NCBI GenBank assembly: GCA_964016885.1
Contig: OZ024752.1
Span: 28,768,001 to 28,832,000 of the forward strand
Direction: 5' to 3'
From: Eledone cirrhosa
Lineage: Eukaryota
Length of the DNA stretch: 64,000 nucleotides
This document shows positions 25,076 through 40,673 of this stretch, piece after piece (position 1 is the first letter of the stretch; every line of letters begins with the position of its first letter). The notes beneath the pieces were generated by a model. That model did no database searches, was not told where the DNA came from, and saw only the letters and a program-made list of their open reading frames with translations. The position numbers and the translations under genes are program-made.

Positions 25076-25082
25076 TGACTCA
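25076..25082. promoter_or_regulatory. AP-1 consensus TGACTCA upstream of gene 1
   Basis: Exact match about 60 nt beyond the microsatellite. AP-1/ARE sites are known in squid S-crystallin promoters. Confidence 0.45.
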
Positions 25083-25704
25083 TTTTCGAAATGTCTCTTG
25101 CTCTTCAGTAGGGTGTCATTAAGTTAGCTGTAAATAATTGATGATTGTACTGCTAATTGCAACTGCTTTGATGCAGCAAGTGCACGTCCTTGCAGAAAAG
25201 CAGTTAAAATAGTAAACACTGTAGATGAATAGAACGTATGTGAAACTGAAGGAATATATACAATTAAATGTTGAGCTGATTAACAAATGAGACTGCAAAC
25301 TTTAAAGAAAGTAAAAACGAAAATTAGAGAAGTAAAACACATATGCTCCAGTAACAACAGGAACAGCAGGGAGAAGAGCACTAACAATAATAACAATAAA
25401 AATACAACAATTGCAGTATTTGGCAGTATATAAGGTTGCACCTGCAATAATAGCAGCCCGTACAGAAGCAGACACACACATATATATATATATATATGTG
25501 TGTATATATATATATATTGCGTGCATATAGACATACAGGCATGCATACATACATACATAGAGATACAAATATGTTTATATATATATATATATGTATATAT
25601 TTAATATATATATTTAACATATATGTATAATTATATAAATATATACATACATATATAGATATGTATAAGTATATATACATATATGTATAATTGTGTGTGT
25701 GTGT

Positions 25705-25738
<34 letters not shown>

Positions 25739-25980
25739 GTGTGGTTAAATAATTTAATGCATATGTACTAGAGAAATTTCCGACTGGGTACTTTATTTCT
25801 GCGTTAGTGCTGCCTGTCATTAAATGACTGCAACAGCAAAAATATCAACAAAAACAATGGCAACATACACATGCACCCACAGACACAATACAGACACACA
25901 CAGACACACACACGCGTGCACACACTCACACACGCACACATATATATATATATATACGTGTGTGTGTGTGTGTGTGTATA

Positions 25981-26058
25981 CAGTGTCCAAAAAATGCATA
26001 CACAGTAAATACAACAGTATTCTAATCAAAGTGTGTATACATTTTTGGGGACACCCTG
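25981..26058. mobile_element. Tc1/mariner-type MITE
   Basis: TIRs cagtgtccaaaaaatgcatacac ... gtgtatacatttttggggacaccctg, in TA/TG context. Confidence 0.6.
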
Positions 26059-26059
26059 T

Positions 26060-27800
<1,741 letters not shown>

Positions 27801-27804
27801 TAGT

Positions 27805-30042
27805 ATTTACGTATCGAGAAAGAGAAAAAAGGGGGGATAGGTGATACATATAGTTATTTGCCAAGTAGCGTATGCCAAAGGTGCTCGATACTAGTGCCGG
27901 CAGTATTAAATATTCGAAGTGTTAATATTTAGTGGGCTAGAGAGTTAGCAGAGCGTAAGCACGTGGGAAAGTAAAAAATCGGAGAATAGACCGTTAAAAC
28001 ATGTTTATTTAAAAATATCACCTACGTACGTTTCGCCCAGTTGGGCTTCTCAAGGGCATAAATAATCACAAGTGTTCCTTATATTGCTCGGAAAGAGTTT
28101 TGGGGGTTAAATCCACATCAGGTTCATTGCTCGCAAAAATATCTTGTTTTGATTTTGCAGCAGGTCAAGGGAGGTAACTCTGGCCGGTGTTAGGGCAGTC
28201 TTTCCCGACAATTTTTTTTTTTTTTTTTTTTTTGCCGTATCCGTTTGTCTGAGGCTGGGTCTGGTATGCAAGGATTGTTTCCTGGGTGTTATTTTGCAGC
28301 GCCTGCCCGCCGGGGTGTTAAGACTTGTTGCAGGGAGATCCAGTGTACTATTTCACTCTTCATCCTTAACCCATCTGAAGAAGGATATTTTTAAAGCGAT
28401 GTGTACAACTTATCGCTGTTTCAGCTCTGCTGTTGATGAGCTCGTGGGGTTGCAGTTATGATGTGGTAGAGCTCTATGAGGCAAAGATCGCATTTCCTCT
28501 TGAAGTTGTACGGTGCAGCCCTGCCGACAATCTCCCAGTACGTGGAGAAGCTGATGTTTAAGTCCTTTAGTGATGTGATGTAGTCCGCGAGCGAAGTGGA
28601 GTGCCTTAGTTTTCTATTTGTGAAAGAGTGGAGATGTGTTCGAAACCTAATTTTGACGGGCCGGAGGTGGCCCCTATATAATGTTTAACGCTATCGTGGC
28701 TAGTAATAGTGCATCTATATATAACCCTATCAGTCAAGCAGTATCCTCTAAGGGGGCAGCGTCCTCTGTCGCGGCAAGTTGCAATTTCTGTCGCGGTTCC
28801 GTCTATTTCCCACGGTAAGGCTATCATTGTTGCTGCCTACGTTGTTACCTACGCTACCCGCAGCTGTCGTTAGCACAATTACAACCCACAGCACGCGGGG
28901 TGGTGCGATTGTTATTCCGCACGTCATGTTCTGCATGTTCCCCCAGTCATTTCGCGGTCATTCTGGTTGCGTCTGCGGATGCCGTTGCCAACACTATTGG
29001 ATGCTGCCAGGGAGTTGTTAAGGCCGATATAGTTATTGTCAGGTATCGGTGCGTCTGTGTCGAGGTGCTGTGTCTTGGTGATCTTACTGTGGTTCGTTGT
29101 TCCTATGATGTCTGCTAGGTTAGGAGTAGTAGAGAAGGATATTTTTATATTGTTCCTATTAAGAATTTTTCTATACCTATGGTTGGCGGGAATTTCTTCT
29201 CTAAGGCTTCGAAGAACATCCGGGGTATGTTGGAGGCCACACTCCGAGAGTAGGGGAGTGGAACCATAGGACGTTACGGTGGCGATTACGTGTCCTTATA
29301 CTTTTGCTACGGGTGGTTCCATCTAAGTGACCGCTCTTATGTGTGTTAATGCGCAGTCGCCCGTTCGGTGCCCCTTTCTCTTTATGCTCGGGTGCACTCT
29401 TTCTACCTCTTCCATGTTTATGTACACGAAGATGTTGGTTGGAAGGCGTTGGTAGTAGGCCGTCGCCTTTGTTGGTTTTGTAATAGGGGAATAGTTTGAG
29501 TAATCTACAGTGTTCACCGTCGCCGGGGACGTGATCTTTGGTGCGGTTATCTATTCTATTATATCCGACTTCAACGAGGTCGCCGCGTGATCGGTTATAG
29601 GTATGGCTTACTATAACGTTAGTTTTATGAGGGGGTGGTTTCTAGAGCTAGCGTTAGGGATGTAGGAAATTCCTCGGTTAAAGCCGGCGCTTATCAGGGT
29701 CCTATTGTAGTAATCAGCCGCTTGGTTGAAGATATCCTCATTGGCGGATAGCCTCGAGATTCTATGTGAGATACTATATGACTATGGAGTTGAGAGTCTG
29801 CTTAGGGTGGTTGGAGGCATAATTAATATAAGAGAGGCACTCTCCAGGCTTATGGTATGGCTTGTATAAGCCTGTACTCAACTCCAGGGTCACGTCCAGG
29901 AAGTTGACAACCCTGTGGTTGAAATCCATAGTTACGGATAGGCCGTATGACTTAAAGAACCTGTGTATATGTTTGTTAAGGTTCTCTATCCTACGGGGGT
30001 TATGGTTCCTAACAGTAAACAGGGGGCGTCGTCCCTATATAT
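27805..30042 (-). mobile_element. Degenerate 5'-truncated Naiad-type PLE (second family)
   Basis: Minus strand YRDD, VNFLDVTL, SNHPK, RCPLRGYCL..VIYRC..YIGAT, KCDLCLIE and ELINSRAE..SCTHR, with frameshifts; stop at about 28366. Confidence 0.88.
28015..28060 (-). ncRNA. Minimal type I hammerhead, U3:A8 variant
   Basis: tatgccc-TTGAGAA-gccc(aact)gggc-GAAA-cgtacg-TA-ggtgata; palindromic stem III; weak stem I. Confidence 0.7.
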
Positions 30043-30396
30043 TTTTATTTTATTTTTTACTTTCCCACGTATGTATGTATATATATATAGTATGGTATGT
30101 ATATATATATATATATGTATGTATAATATATGTATGTATGTATGTATGTATATATATATATGTATGTATATATATATGTATGTATGTATGTAATGTATAT
30201 ATATGTATGTGTATATATAATATATATCGTGTATGTATTATATTATACTATCATATAGTATGTATATATTATAATATATATATAATATATATATATATAT
30301 GTGTGTGTGTATGTAGATATATATATTATGTAGTATATATATATATGTATGTATATACATATATATGTATGTATATATATATTATATTATATATAG

Positions 30397-30431
<35 letters not shown>

Positions 30432-30614
30432 ATATATATATGTATGTATATATATATACATACATATATATATATATATACTATACATATATATATATCT
30501 ATATATATAATTATACATACATATATATCTCTATATACAACTTATCATAGTATATACATCATATACATAAACATCATATATATATCCTACATACACACAC
30601 ACATATATATATAT

Positions 30615-33500
30615 AACGAGGTTACCCTTTAATAAATGAGTTTGCATACCACAACAAATAGATGACGAGACAGAGGCACAGTTCACCATAGCTAGAAATA
30701 AGATTAGACAAATAGTAGACAGGTATACTAAGAGACAGAGCAGACCAGAGGCCCAACAACTTGGGAGGAAACCTGTAGAAGGCTTGGTTAGCCTCAAGCA
30801 GCGCACAAGGGATGGTGAGGTAGTGTGTCTACCCACAGATAAGTCTGGTAGGATGTCAATAGATAGCATGCCGAACTACATCGAGGCTATGCAACCCCAC
30901 ATCACCAACACGAGCGAAATTGCACAACAAACACACGATGGGAGAGAAAAAATCCTCAACACTCACATGATGATGTGGACTGACATCCTAAAGCCAAGCA
31001 GACGTACTGCCAACAACTTCCAGGCGTCTAACAATGGCATACCACCCTTGTATGTGCTCCGCAAAGACCACAAGACAGTCGACGACCCGACAACAGGACC
31101 ACCAACAAGACCCGTATGCGGAGCTAATATAGCTAGCAACTACAGGATCTCCTACTTCCTCTCAATGGTTATACGCCCCATAATCAAGATGTCCCCAGAT
31201 GTATGTGACAGTACAGAGGACCTCCTCAGCAGAATCAGTGAGTGCAACAAAAACAGGAGCCTATCCAACTGCATAATAAGCATCATGGATGTGGTGTCAC
31301 TGTACCCATCCATTAACATTGATTTTGCTGTGAAAAGATGTGTGGAGATGATCATTGAGAGTGAGGTGGAATTCTGCGACGTCGACACAGACGAACTGGG
31401 CCTCCTACTTAGACTTACCTACGACACTGACTACCTAGACAGCCATGACCTTAGATGTTTCTGCCCTAGTAGACCTATAAGAGGCAGACCCATCAACCAT
31501 AACCTCAATGGCAAAAAAGACTCCCATGGGAAGGTGGATTGGGTGGACCAAAGCTATACGGACCCCCCAAAACAATGATCAGGTAAGAAAAATGGTCGCA
31601 CATGCAATAGGGGCTAGTATCAAAACTACCCTAAAGGGCCACATATTTAAGTTCAACGAGAAAATCTACACCCAAAATGAGGGAGCAGCCATCGGCGTCA
31701 GCATAGCTGGTGATGTTGCCAACCTTTTCATGGTATGGTGGGAAAGGAGACTTAAAGATCTCCTTAATGAAAGCTCCATAGACCTCATCATGTACTCTCG
31801 TTATGTAGATGATATCAATATAGTTATAAGAACACCCCCACTAGAGAGCACTAACAAGTTTGATTTAGAACGTAGCACGATGGAAAGCATCCAGCAGATA
31901 GCTAATTCCATACACCAGAGTATAACTGTAACTATTGACTTCCCTTCCAAACACCCTAACAATAGACTACCTGTATTAGACACAGAACTCTGGATTAACA
32001 CTATAGACGAGAGAGCCCAAATTCTCCACTCACACTATGCTAAACCCATGGCCTCCAAATACCTGATACTCAAAAACTCAGCAATGTCCAGTAGTGCTAA
32101 GTTTAATATTCTGATCACAGATTTGGTACGAGTAATGAAGAATGTGTCCCGCATGTGCGACCCAACAGAAATGGAAAGACACATCCAACACTTCATCAAC
32201 CGCATGCAGTTCTCTGGCTACAACCAAAGAGACAGAGTCAGAGTATACGAAGGAGCCATGGAAAAGTATAAGACCCTCATAGAACTGGACATGAAAGGAA
32301 TTTGCCCATTATACAGGAGCAAATCATGGAATAGCTTAGATAGGGCTAGACATAAGATAGGGAAAGCCACCTCATGGTACGACAACCAGAGATACCAGAG
32401 TGTCATGTTTGTGGACGCCACCCCTGGAGGGAAATTAGCTAACCAGTGTAGAAAGGCCCTGAGAAAGACCCACTTAAAAATAAAGGTGGTAGAAAAGCCA
32501 GGAACCACCATAAAATCCCTGATCAGCAAAACCTACCCTTTTAAGAAAACCCACTGTACCAATAGGAAATGTATCATATGTAAGGTGAACCCCCGGATAA
32601 ACTGTAAAACTAGAAACGTAGTCTATAGCATAAGATGTACAGAGGGTACTTGCAGAAACATGACAACAACATACATAGGTGAGACAGCTCGTAGCATAGG
32701 TGAAAGGATAGACCAACACTGGGGCAAACTAAAAGGACGAAAAAACGGGTCAGTACTATACGAACATGCTAGACAACAACATGACGGTAACATAGACAAC
32801 ATAGAAATTAGAATAATATCTAAACATAGAAATGACCCAGCAGATAGGCATATCAGAGAGGCCAGTGAAATAGAAATTAGAAGACCAAGGCTAAACAGAA
32901 AGAATGAATGGAATAACAACAACACCCAAACAAACAACACTGACCTAAGAGAAGTATAAATAAGTAAATAAAATAAGATAAATAAATAAATAAATACATA
33001 CACAAGCACAATAACAACAAGCACATAAACACACACTAGTAACCCATCACACAGCAAACATAACACTATACACACACGCAAACGCATGCGCAAAGAAGAC
33101 AAAATAAAATAAACAAACAAGCAAATAAATAAATAAATATATAGACAGACTGAATAAAAATGGCGTAGACATACAACACAACAGGAGGAAAATATAACAC
33201 CACTGACGATGTTGCAGATGTGCAACGAAAGATTTATGATAAACTATATATATGTGTTTGTGTCTATATTGTATCTGTATTATTTTTGACCGTCGGTCAG
33301 TCAATGGCAACATTGAGGACCGAGTAAGTTAGATTACCGATATAAAAGACAGCGAGAAGCGAAAACCAACCAAACAGTGAGTGTGTTCTGTTATTAATTC
33401 TGGCAATATTACACAAATATGACCCTCCCCAAGTATAACAATATTTGTTTCGACACACGATTTCATATAAAAAACCTCGCAAAACTAATTCATCGCCGCT
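30615..33500 (+). mobile_element. Penelope-like element (Neptune-like), RT + GIY-YIG with one frameshift near 31500, plus 3' UTR
   Basis: KDHK..PTRPVCGA, DVVSLYPSI, YTQNEGAAIG, RYVDD, LPVLD, CxxxxCxxC..C..NVVYSIRC..YIGETAR (ORFs 30784-31578 and 31508-32959). The 3' end is duplicated at 60833-61195. Confidence 0.92.
33196..33258 (+). ncRNA. Hammerhead-like motif in the PLE 3' UTR (second copy at 60891-60953)
   Basis: CTGACGA-t-gttgca(gatg)tgcaac-GAAA; stem I and stem III registers are ambiguous. Confidence 0.6.
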
Positions 33501-33707
33501 ATGTATATATATATATGTATGTATGTATATATATATATGTATGTATATATATATATATGTATGTATATATATATGTATGTATATATATATATATATGTAC
33601 GTATATATATATATGTATGTATATATATATATATATGTATGTATATATATATATATATATGTATATATATGTATGTGTATATATATGTATGTATATATAT
33701 ATGTATG

Positions 33708-33738
<31 letters not shown>

Positions 33739-33793
33739 GTATGTATATATATATGTATGTATATATATATATGTATGTATATATATATATAGG

Positions 33794-33866
<73 letters not shown>

Positions 33867-33930
33867 GTATGTATATATATATATATGTATATATATGTGT
33901 ATGTATATATATATGTATATATTTATATAT

Positions 33931-34075
33931 ATAACAAAGGAAATGTGGAAAGGAACCAAATGGACCATAACGCACCAGAGTACTCAATACTTAGAGTAAT
34001 AGAGTGGGAAATAGGAAAAAGTATGACCCCGACGGCAGAGCTCAAGCCGTTTAGACGGTTATTTCTGGACTCTGT
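33931..34075 (-). mobile_element. 3' terminal fragment of the Naiad-type PLE
   Basis: Reverse complement of 2774-2910 (diverged), within (TA)n. Confidence 0.8.
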
Positions 34076-34112
34076 ATTTCTGTATGTATATATATATATA
34101 TGTGTGTGTATG

Positions 34113-34181
<69 letters not shown>

Positions 34182-34222
34182 ATGTATATATATATGTGTA
34201 TGTATGTATATGTATACATATA

Positions 34223-34253
<31 letters not shown>

Positions 34254-34262
34254 ATATGTATG

Positions 34263-34383
<121 letters not shown>

Positions 34384-34416
34384 ATATATATATATATATT
34401 GGTGCGGTAAACATAA

Positions 34417-34531
34417 TCTCTGATGATATGGGATCGATTGTGCATTGGATATCGAATGCTCTACTAAATATATAATATTATAGATGTAGCGAGATCTAGG
34501 CAAATAGATGTCTATTGAAACGTACGTAAGA
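34417..34531 (+). ncRNA. Type I hammerhead with a long stem II insert
   Basis: tct-CTGATGA-[90 nt]-GAAA-cgtacg-TA-aga, followed by aataaa; lies in a ~180-nt island within (TA)n. Confidence 0.6.
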
Positions 34532-34575
34532 ACCGAATAAATCTCTTTTACTCCATCTTTCTGTTCTTTTTAATT

Positions 34576-34685
<110 letters not shown>

Positions 34686-34702
34686 ATATGTATGTATGTA
34701 TG

Positions 34703-34734
<32 letters not shown>

Positions 34735-37039
34735 TGTATGTATGTATGTATGTATGTATGTATGTATGTATGTATGTATGTATGTATATACAATGTATGT
34801 ATATATATATGTATGTATATATATATGTATGTATATATATATATGCGTGTGTATGTATATATATATAAAGGGTTGACAGACCCAGCATGTTTATCAATGC
34901 CAGTACCGGTTGTGTCTCAGCGCACTCTATGGGCAATGTAAGATACATTCCCAGAGTATACACAAAGTTATTTGCTTCAACACAACACACGTAAAACGAG
35001 TGCCTATAAGGTTCCCGGACTCGAGATTCTGCCGCACTAATGCAGCAGTAAGGTGCACAGCACCATCTGTCTGCATATATTATGCAACAATGCACAATCG
35101 GCTTATGCGGCTTCATCAGCGGGTATCGCCTAATCAATAACCAATCGACCGACAGAATCCTAAGACCAGTCTATGCCGGCCATGACTGTTTGTGACGACT
35201 GACACAGTAAAGCTCTTAGCAACTGGCACCCGATAGAACTCTATTTTTCAACTAACCACTGATTTACAAATTTTACGTGGGGACGGGAACTAAAAAGAAT
35301 CAATCTTTTCGTTCCTGTCAGAAGCACTCTGCCAACGTGTCTCACACACAAATTATCAAGGGGTGAAAAGATGGCCATTAGAAATAGCAGTTCACATTGA
35401 TATAAAATAGAATAGTAGCATTCGGTTCATGTCTCCAAGCCCCATATATATATATATAACAATGTGGGACATTGAAAAATGTGAGACGATCGAAGAAATG
35501 GATCTAATTCCTCATCAGCCATCCTATGAGTGATGCAATTTCTAGTATAAAGGTGCGACTACATGATATTGAGCTCATGCCTAACGATGCTGGGAACAAA
35601 ATGGTATAAAGATGCATATAAGACAACACAACATTAAGATAGGATGTACATAAACAATTACAAATAATGTCTAATTTAGGCCAGAAATTTGTCAGAACGG
35701 AAAGATTGACTATATCAACCCCAGTACTTTACTGGTATTTTACTTCAAAATGATGAAAGGCAAAGTTATCCTTGGACTGGTTTGAACTCATAACGTAAAG
35801 ATTTGTATCAAATATCATAAAGCATTTCTTCGCCACTTTAACGGCTCTGCCAATCCGTCGCAAAGAATAATAAAGTCTTACGACTTGAAAGGAGACAGGG
35901 TATAGTGTTGGCGAAATATTCAAATGGTTAGTCAGGAAAGAGGGAAATATAAATAGACTTTCGTCAAAATAAGTATGAGTTCTGGGGTGTCTTTTCAGAC
36001 TTTAATCAGTCCCATGCTGGTCATTACCAACCTGTCTTTTTAAGGTTACGTATATCTAGGATTACATTTTTCAGTCTCTTTAATACGATTTATTGTGATT
36101 TTGCTGCTACTTCTAACATATTAAATGACTCTATATAGGCGCCAATTTCGCATGTATGTATGTATATACGTACATGTGCAGGTATGCACGTACGTATGTA
36201 TGTGCTTATGTATGTGTGTATGATGATAGCGTCAGCGTATGAACTGTAATCCGGATTTGTCCCTGGATTCAATTTCTTCGTGTATTATTGTGCATGCATT
36301 AAAGCAAGTCGCTACCGAGATGTATCTTTATAAATACATATATATCGTAGATAAGATAAATACCTTAAGTACGATAAATGGTATGACTATAGTTTAGTGT
36401 CTCAAACTTTGTTTCCTCGTAACTTTCTTTATTTTAAATATTTTCTAGAAATATGTTTTCCATTTCGCTGATTATGATTATGTTGAGGGATTTTGTTTTA
36501 ATTAACTCTGAGTTCAAATCCTGGCGAGGTTAGCTTTGCCTTTCATCCTTATGGGGTCGATAAAATAAAGCCCCAGTAATGCACTGGGGTAATTGCTGGC
36601 CTTGTGCGAAAAGTAGTAACAATTAATTAAATAATTCCATATCAAATTTTATTTCAAAATACTCAAATATAGAGTATAGGATAAAATTACATGAAAATAA
36701 AAATAATAAAGAACTTAATGTTTAATCAAACGTAAAAAAAAAAGAGAGTAATATTGGGAATGACAAAAAATGCTATAAATGAGGAGAAAAGGGGGTAAAG
36801 TGCAAGGATTATTAGGCAACAAAAGAAAGAAAATAGGTAAGGGAGAGGATGACAGACTCAAGACCTCAGTCAGAGCGGTGTTCCGGCTACGTCCCGCGGA
36901 CAAACTGGCAATGTATTTTTGATATTCTCATCATAATATAGTTCCATTTGTTGATATTTTTAATTACTGAATACTTTCGATTTGTTGTTGTTGGGGGTTA
37001 AACGTAAACTCGAATTTCTTTCATCATGTCCTTCATAAA

Positions 37040-37230
37040 TAATTGTTTCTACTTTAGGCACAAGGCCAGCAATTACTCAGTGCATTACTGGTACTTTATT
37101 TTATCGACCCCGTAAGGATGAAAGGCAAAGTCAACCTCGGCGGGATTTGAACTCAGATCGTAAAGGGACGTAACTATGCTGGAAAGCATGGCGTCCGACC
37201 CTCTACTGATACTGCCAATCCACCGCCCTA
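37040..37230 (-). mobile_element. tRNA-SINE with target-site duplication
   Basis: Consensus match; flanked by the direct repeat atgtccttcataaataat. Confidence 0.85.
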
Positions 37231-37254
37231 TGTCCTTCATAAATAATATCAATC

Positions 37255-37932
37255 AGAATAATATCATAGATTTTATACCGGAATGTAATATCATAGACTT
37301 TATACCGGAATATAATATAAGATTTTATACTGGAATATATCATAGATTTTATACCAGGACGTAATATCATAGATTTTATATCAGAACGTAATATCATAGA
37401 TTTTATACCAGAATGTAATATCATAGATTTTATACCAGAATGTAATATTGATTTTATACCAGAATGTAATATAAATTTAATACCAGAATGTAATATTGAT
37501 TTTATACTGAAATGTAATATCATTGATTTTATACCAGAATGTAATATCATATTTCATATATCAAAGATTTTATTATTGATTTTACATATCATAGATTTTA
37601 TACCGAAACGTAATATCATAGATTTTATACCAGAATGAATATAGATTTTAACCCAGAATGTAATATTATAGATTTTATACCAGAATGTAATATCATAGAT
37701 TTTATACCAGAACGTAATATCATAGATTTTATACCAGAATGTAATATCATAGATTTTATACCAGAATGTAATATAGATTTTATACCAGAATATAATATAA
37801 ATTTAATACCAGAATGTAATATTGATTTTATAGCGGAATGTAATATCATAGATTTTATATTAGAATGTAATATCATAGATTTTGTGCCAGAATATAATAT
37901 AGATTTTATATCGAAATTTAATATCATAGACA
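37255..37932. repeat. 27/24-bp minisatellite
   Basis: Unit gaatgtaatatcatagattttatacca, about 25 copies with a short interruption. Confidence 0.95.
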
Positions 37933-38058
37933 CCTATTTCTTCGGGTCTTCTCTTTGACGGAGCTGCAGTCCTGATTATTATCATCATCACATCATCATC
38001 ATCCCCCTGCTGCTCCTCCTCCTCCTCCTCCTCCTCCTCCTCCTCCTCCTCCTCCTCC

Positions 38059-38104
<46 letters not shown>

Positions 38105-38629
38105 TATCTTCAACATGATAATTATGATGGTTCCAATGGATGCCCGTGCTAAGGAAGTCCGGAATATCTTATCTAATAAACATCATGACTAACTCACTTA
38201 TCGCCCATTCCATAGTAACATAATGTCACGACAGGCTTCGAGATTTTATACATTGCAGTGAACTGACTGAAGTCATAGCGAAGGCGATAATGATTGTCTG
38301 ACAGATCACACAAAATACATTGAACTCAATGCTTCTTCTATTAATAGTATCAGTACAAATAAGCAAATGCAGGCTATGTTAAGTCAATCAAATAGCTAGA
38401 GGTCAGTCTGACCCAGGTGTGTAAGGCTGCAGATTAGACACAAACAGATGTCGAACTCAGAGTGTATAGAACCGTATCTTTGTACAATTGGGTGGTGAAT
38501 TGGTAGAATCGATACAGCATCCGATTGAATGCTTTGAGGTATTCGTGCCAACTGTCTGTGCTCAAAGTTCAAATCAAATTTGCCTTTCAGCCATTTGAAG
38601 TCGATACATAAAGTACCAGTCCAATACTG

Positions 38630-38730
<101 letters not shown>

Positions 38731-40188
38731 ATGTATCTATCTTTCTCTTTCTTTCTCTGGAAAAAAAGTGGTCTGAGTTCTGATCTGGAGAGGGACGAAC
38801 TCCTCCAGCTTTAAAATACCCAAGACACGCCGTGTATCATGACAACACTCCCAAGACACCATTTTTTTAATCATATACTTTCTCCCGACTTCCTTTCTAC
38901 GCTTTACACCTACACACCTTCTCCACTCCTACACACCTTCTCCACTCCTACACACATACCCCACTCACTCTGAGTACTATATCTACATTATCATTACTTC
39001 TGTATTGATATATCTTTCTACACGTCTTCCTTTTTATCCCAATAAGTTTAGCTATGTGTGTGGCATTCTTTCTTTTCTTACTATTCATCAATATATGCAG
39101 CATAACCGAATGGTTAAGGAGTTTGCTTCATTAATCAAACGTCGAGCAAAAGAGAACAACATCTGCATTGCATCAGCGCTATACTACCGCCTCACCATCG
39201 TGCCATGCCCTAAAAGACACCTGACCTGGCACACTGGTTGGAACTTGTTTTGCTGGTCAAAACACCCACGTCAGGTGGCATATAGTTATGTCCCTTTACG
39301 CTCTGAGTTCAAATCCGGCCGAAGTTTCCCGGGTTCGATCCTTCTGAAAATGTATATTTACCATTTACCATAACCTTGGATCGATCCATACCTTGAGAAG
39401 GAAAATGGGTAAATGGAAACTTTTTGGAAGCCCGTTAGATGGAATAAGCCTGTAATTCAAACGGCCAGCCTTATCACACACTGTGTCACGCTGAATTTCT
39501 CTAAGGACCACGATAAGAGTACACGAATCTGTAGAATACTCAACCACTTACTCGTTAATTTCTTGAGCAATTGGTGGTGGTGGTGGTGGTGGTGGTGGTG
39601 GTGCAAACCTGCTTTCACACTACTGTTACTATGGAATACTCTTACTTTCCATGTACCTAAATTTGCACGTCTACAATGGTGTGTGGTTGCCTTGCGGTTA
39701 CGGTGTTACTTATTGCTTTCGTGAAAATAAACTAAACTTCCTATCTAGACTGGTTAACCAACATTTCTCAATGTGTATAGTTCCTTTGATCCTCTCTGTA
39801 TGCTTTCTATAGCTATCCATGCCTTACCATTTATTATGTAATCTTCTTTCCTTCTGTGTAAAGTATTTTCTCCCTCCGTATTGTGAAAGTGACACTTTTC
39901 TACTGTAATCTTCACTCAATCTTGTTTCTCAGCTAATCTATCACCCCAGCATCTCCAAATTAATATTTATCACCCATTAAGTGCTATATTTTCATAAATG
40001 TATATTTCATTCATCAAAAAGAACGAAATAGGGGTAGAAAAGAAATCTAACTGCACTAAATTTCTACGCAAATGACAATTACTTGATGTGTATGTGTCGC
40101 GTACCGGTTTATAGTTTCTACATTTCTCTGTTTATCTCAATTTCCCTGTCATTTCGTTCAGTACGTATACTCCTCCTTCAATATATTA

Positions 40189-40232
<44 letters not shown>

Positions 40233-40235
<3 letters not shown>

Positions 40236-40426
40236 CAAAGGAATTGTGGTAAGGAACCAAATGGACCATAACGCACCAGAGTATTCAATACTTAAGGTAG
40301 TAGAGTGGGAAATAAGGAAAAGTATGACCCCGACGGCAGAGCTCAAGCCGTTTCGACGGCTATTTCTGGACTCGGAAATACCCGTCGAAACGGCTTGAGC
40401 TCTGCCGTCGGGGTCATACTTTTTCC
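40233..40426 (-). mobile_element. Naiad-type PLE 3' fragment with inverted duplicate
   Basis: Minus copy 40233-40372 plus a plus-strand copy of the hammerhead 3' half at 40382-40426; flanked by (TA)n. Confidence 0.8.
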
Positions 40427-40543
40427 TATATATATATATATTGGAAAATGTGTCTTTATATATATATATATATATACATATAAATATACATTTTTCCAAT
40501 TCCTCCCCGCCCGTCCCTTCAATCTATCTTATTTCTCATTCTT

Positions 40544-40579
40544 TCTTCTGGTGAAGGACTAGAGTCCGAAACGTTAAGA
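40544..40579 (+). ncRNA. Degenerate minimal hammerhead (relatives at ~13206-13243 + and ~16363-16395 -)
   Basis: tctt-CTGGTGA-aggac(taga)gtcc-GAAA-cg-TT-aaga; core A6 is mutated. Confidence 0.5.
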
Positions 40580-40673
40580 CCTTCTACCTACTATTTCAAG
40601 CGTTAACTTAATATATTCCTTCCATATACTGTACCGATTGTGTTGTTATTTCTGTTTGCCTTTTACATATTTA

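Noticed and set aside
37255-37932. CRISPR-like array
   Set aside because: Contiguous tandem units with no unique spacers; eukaryotic context.
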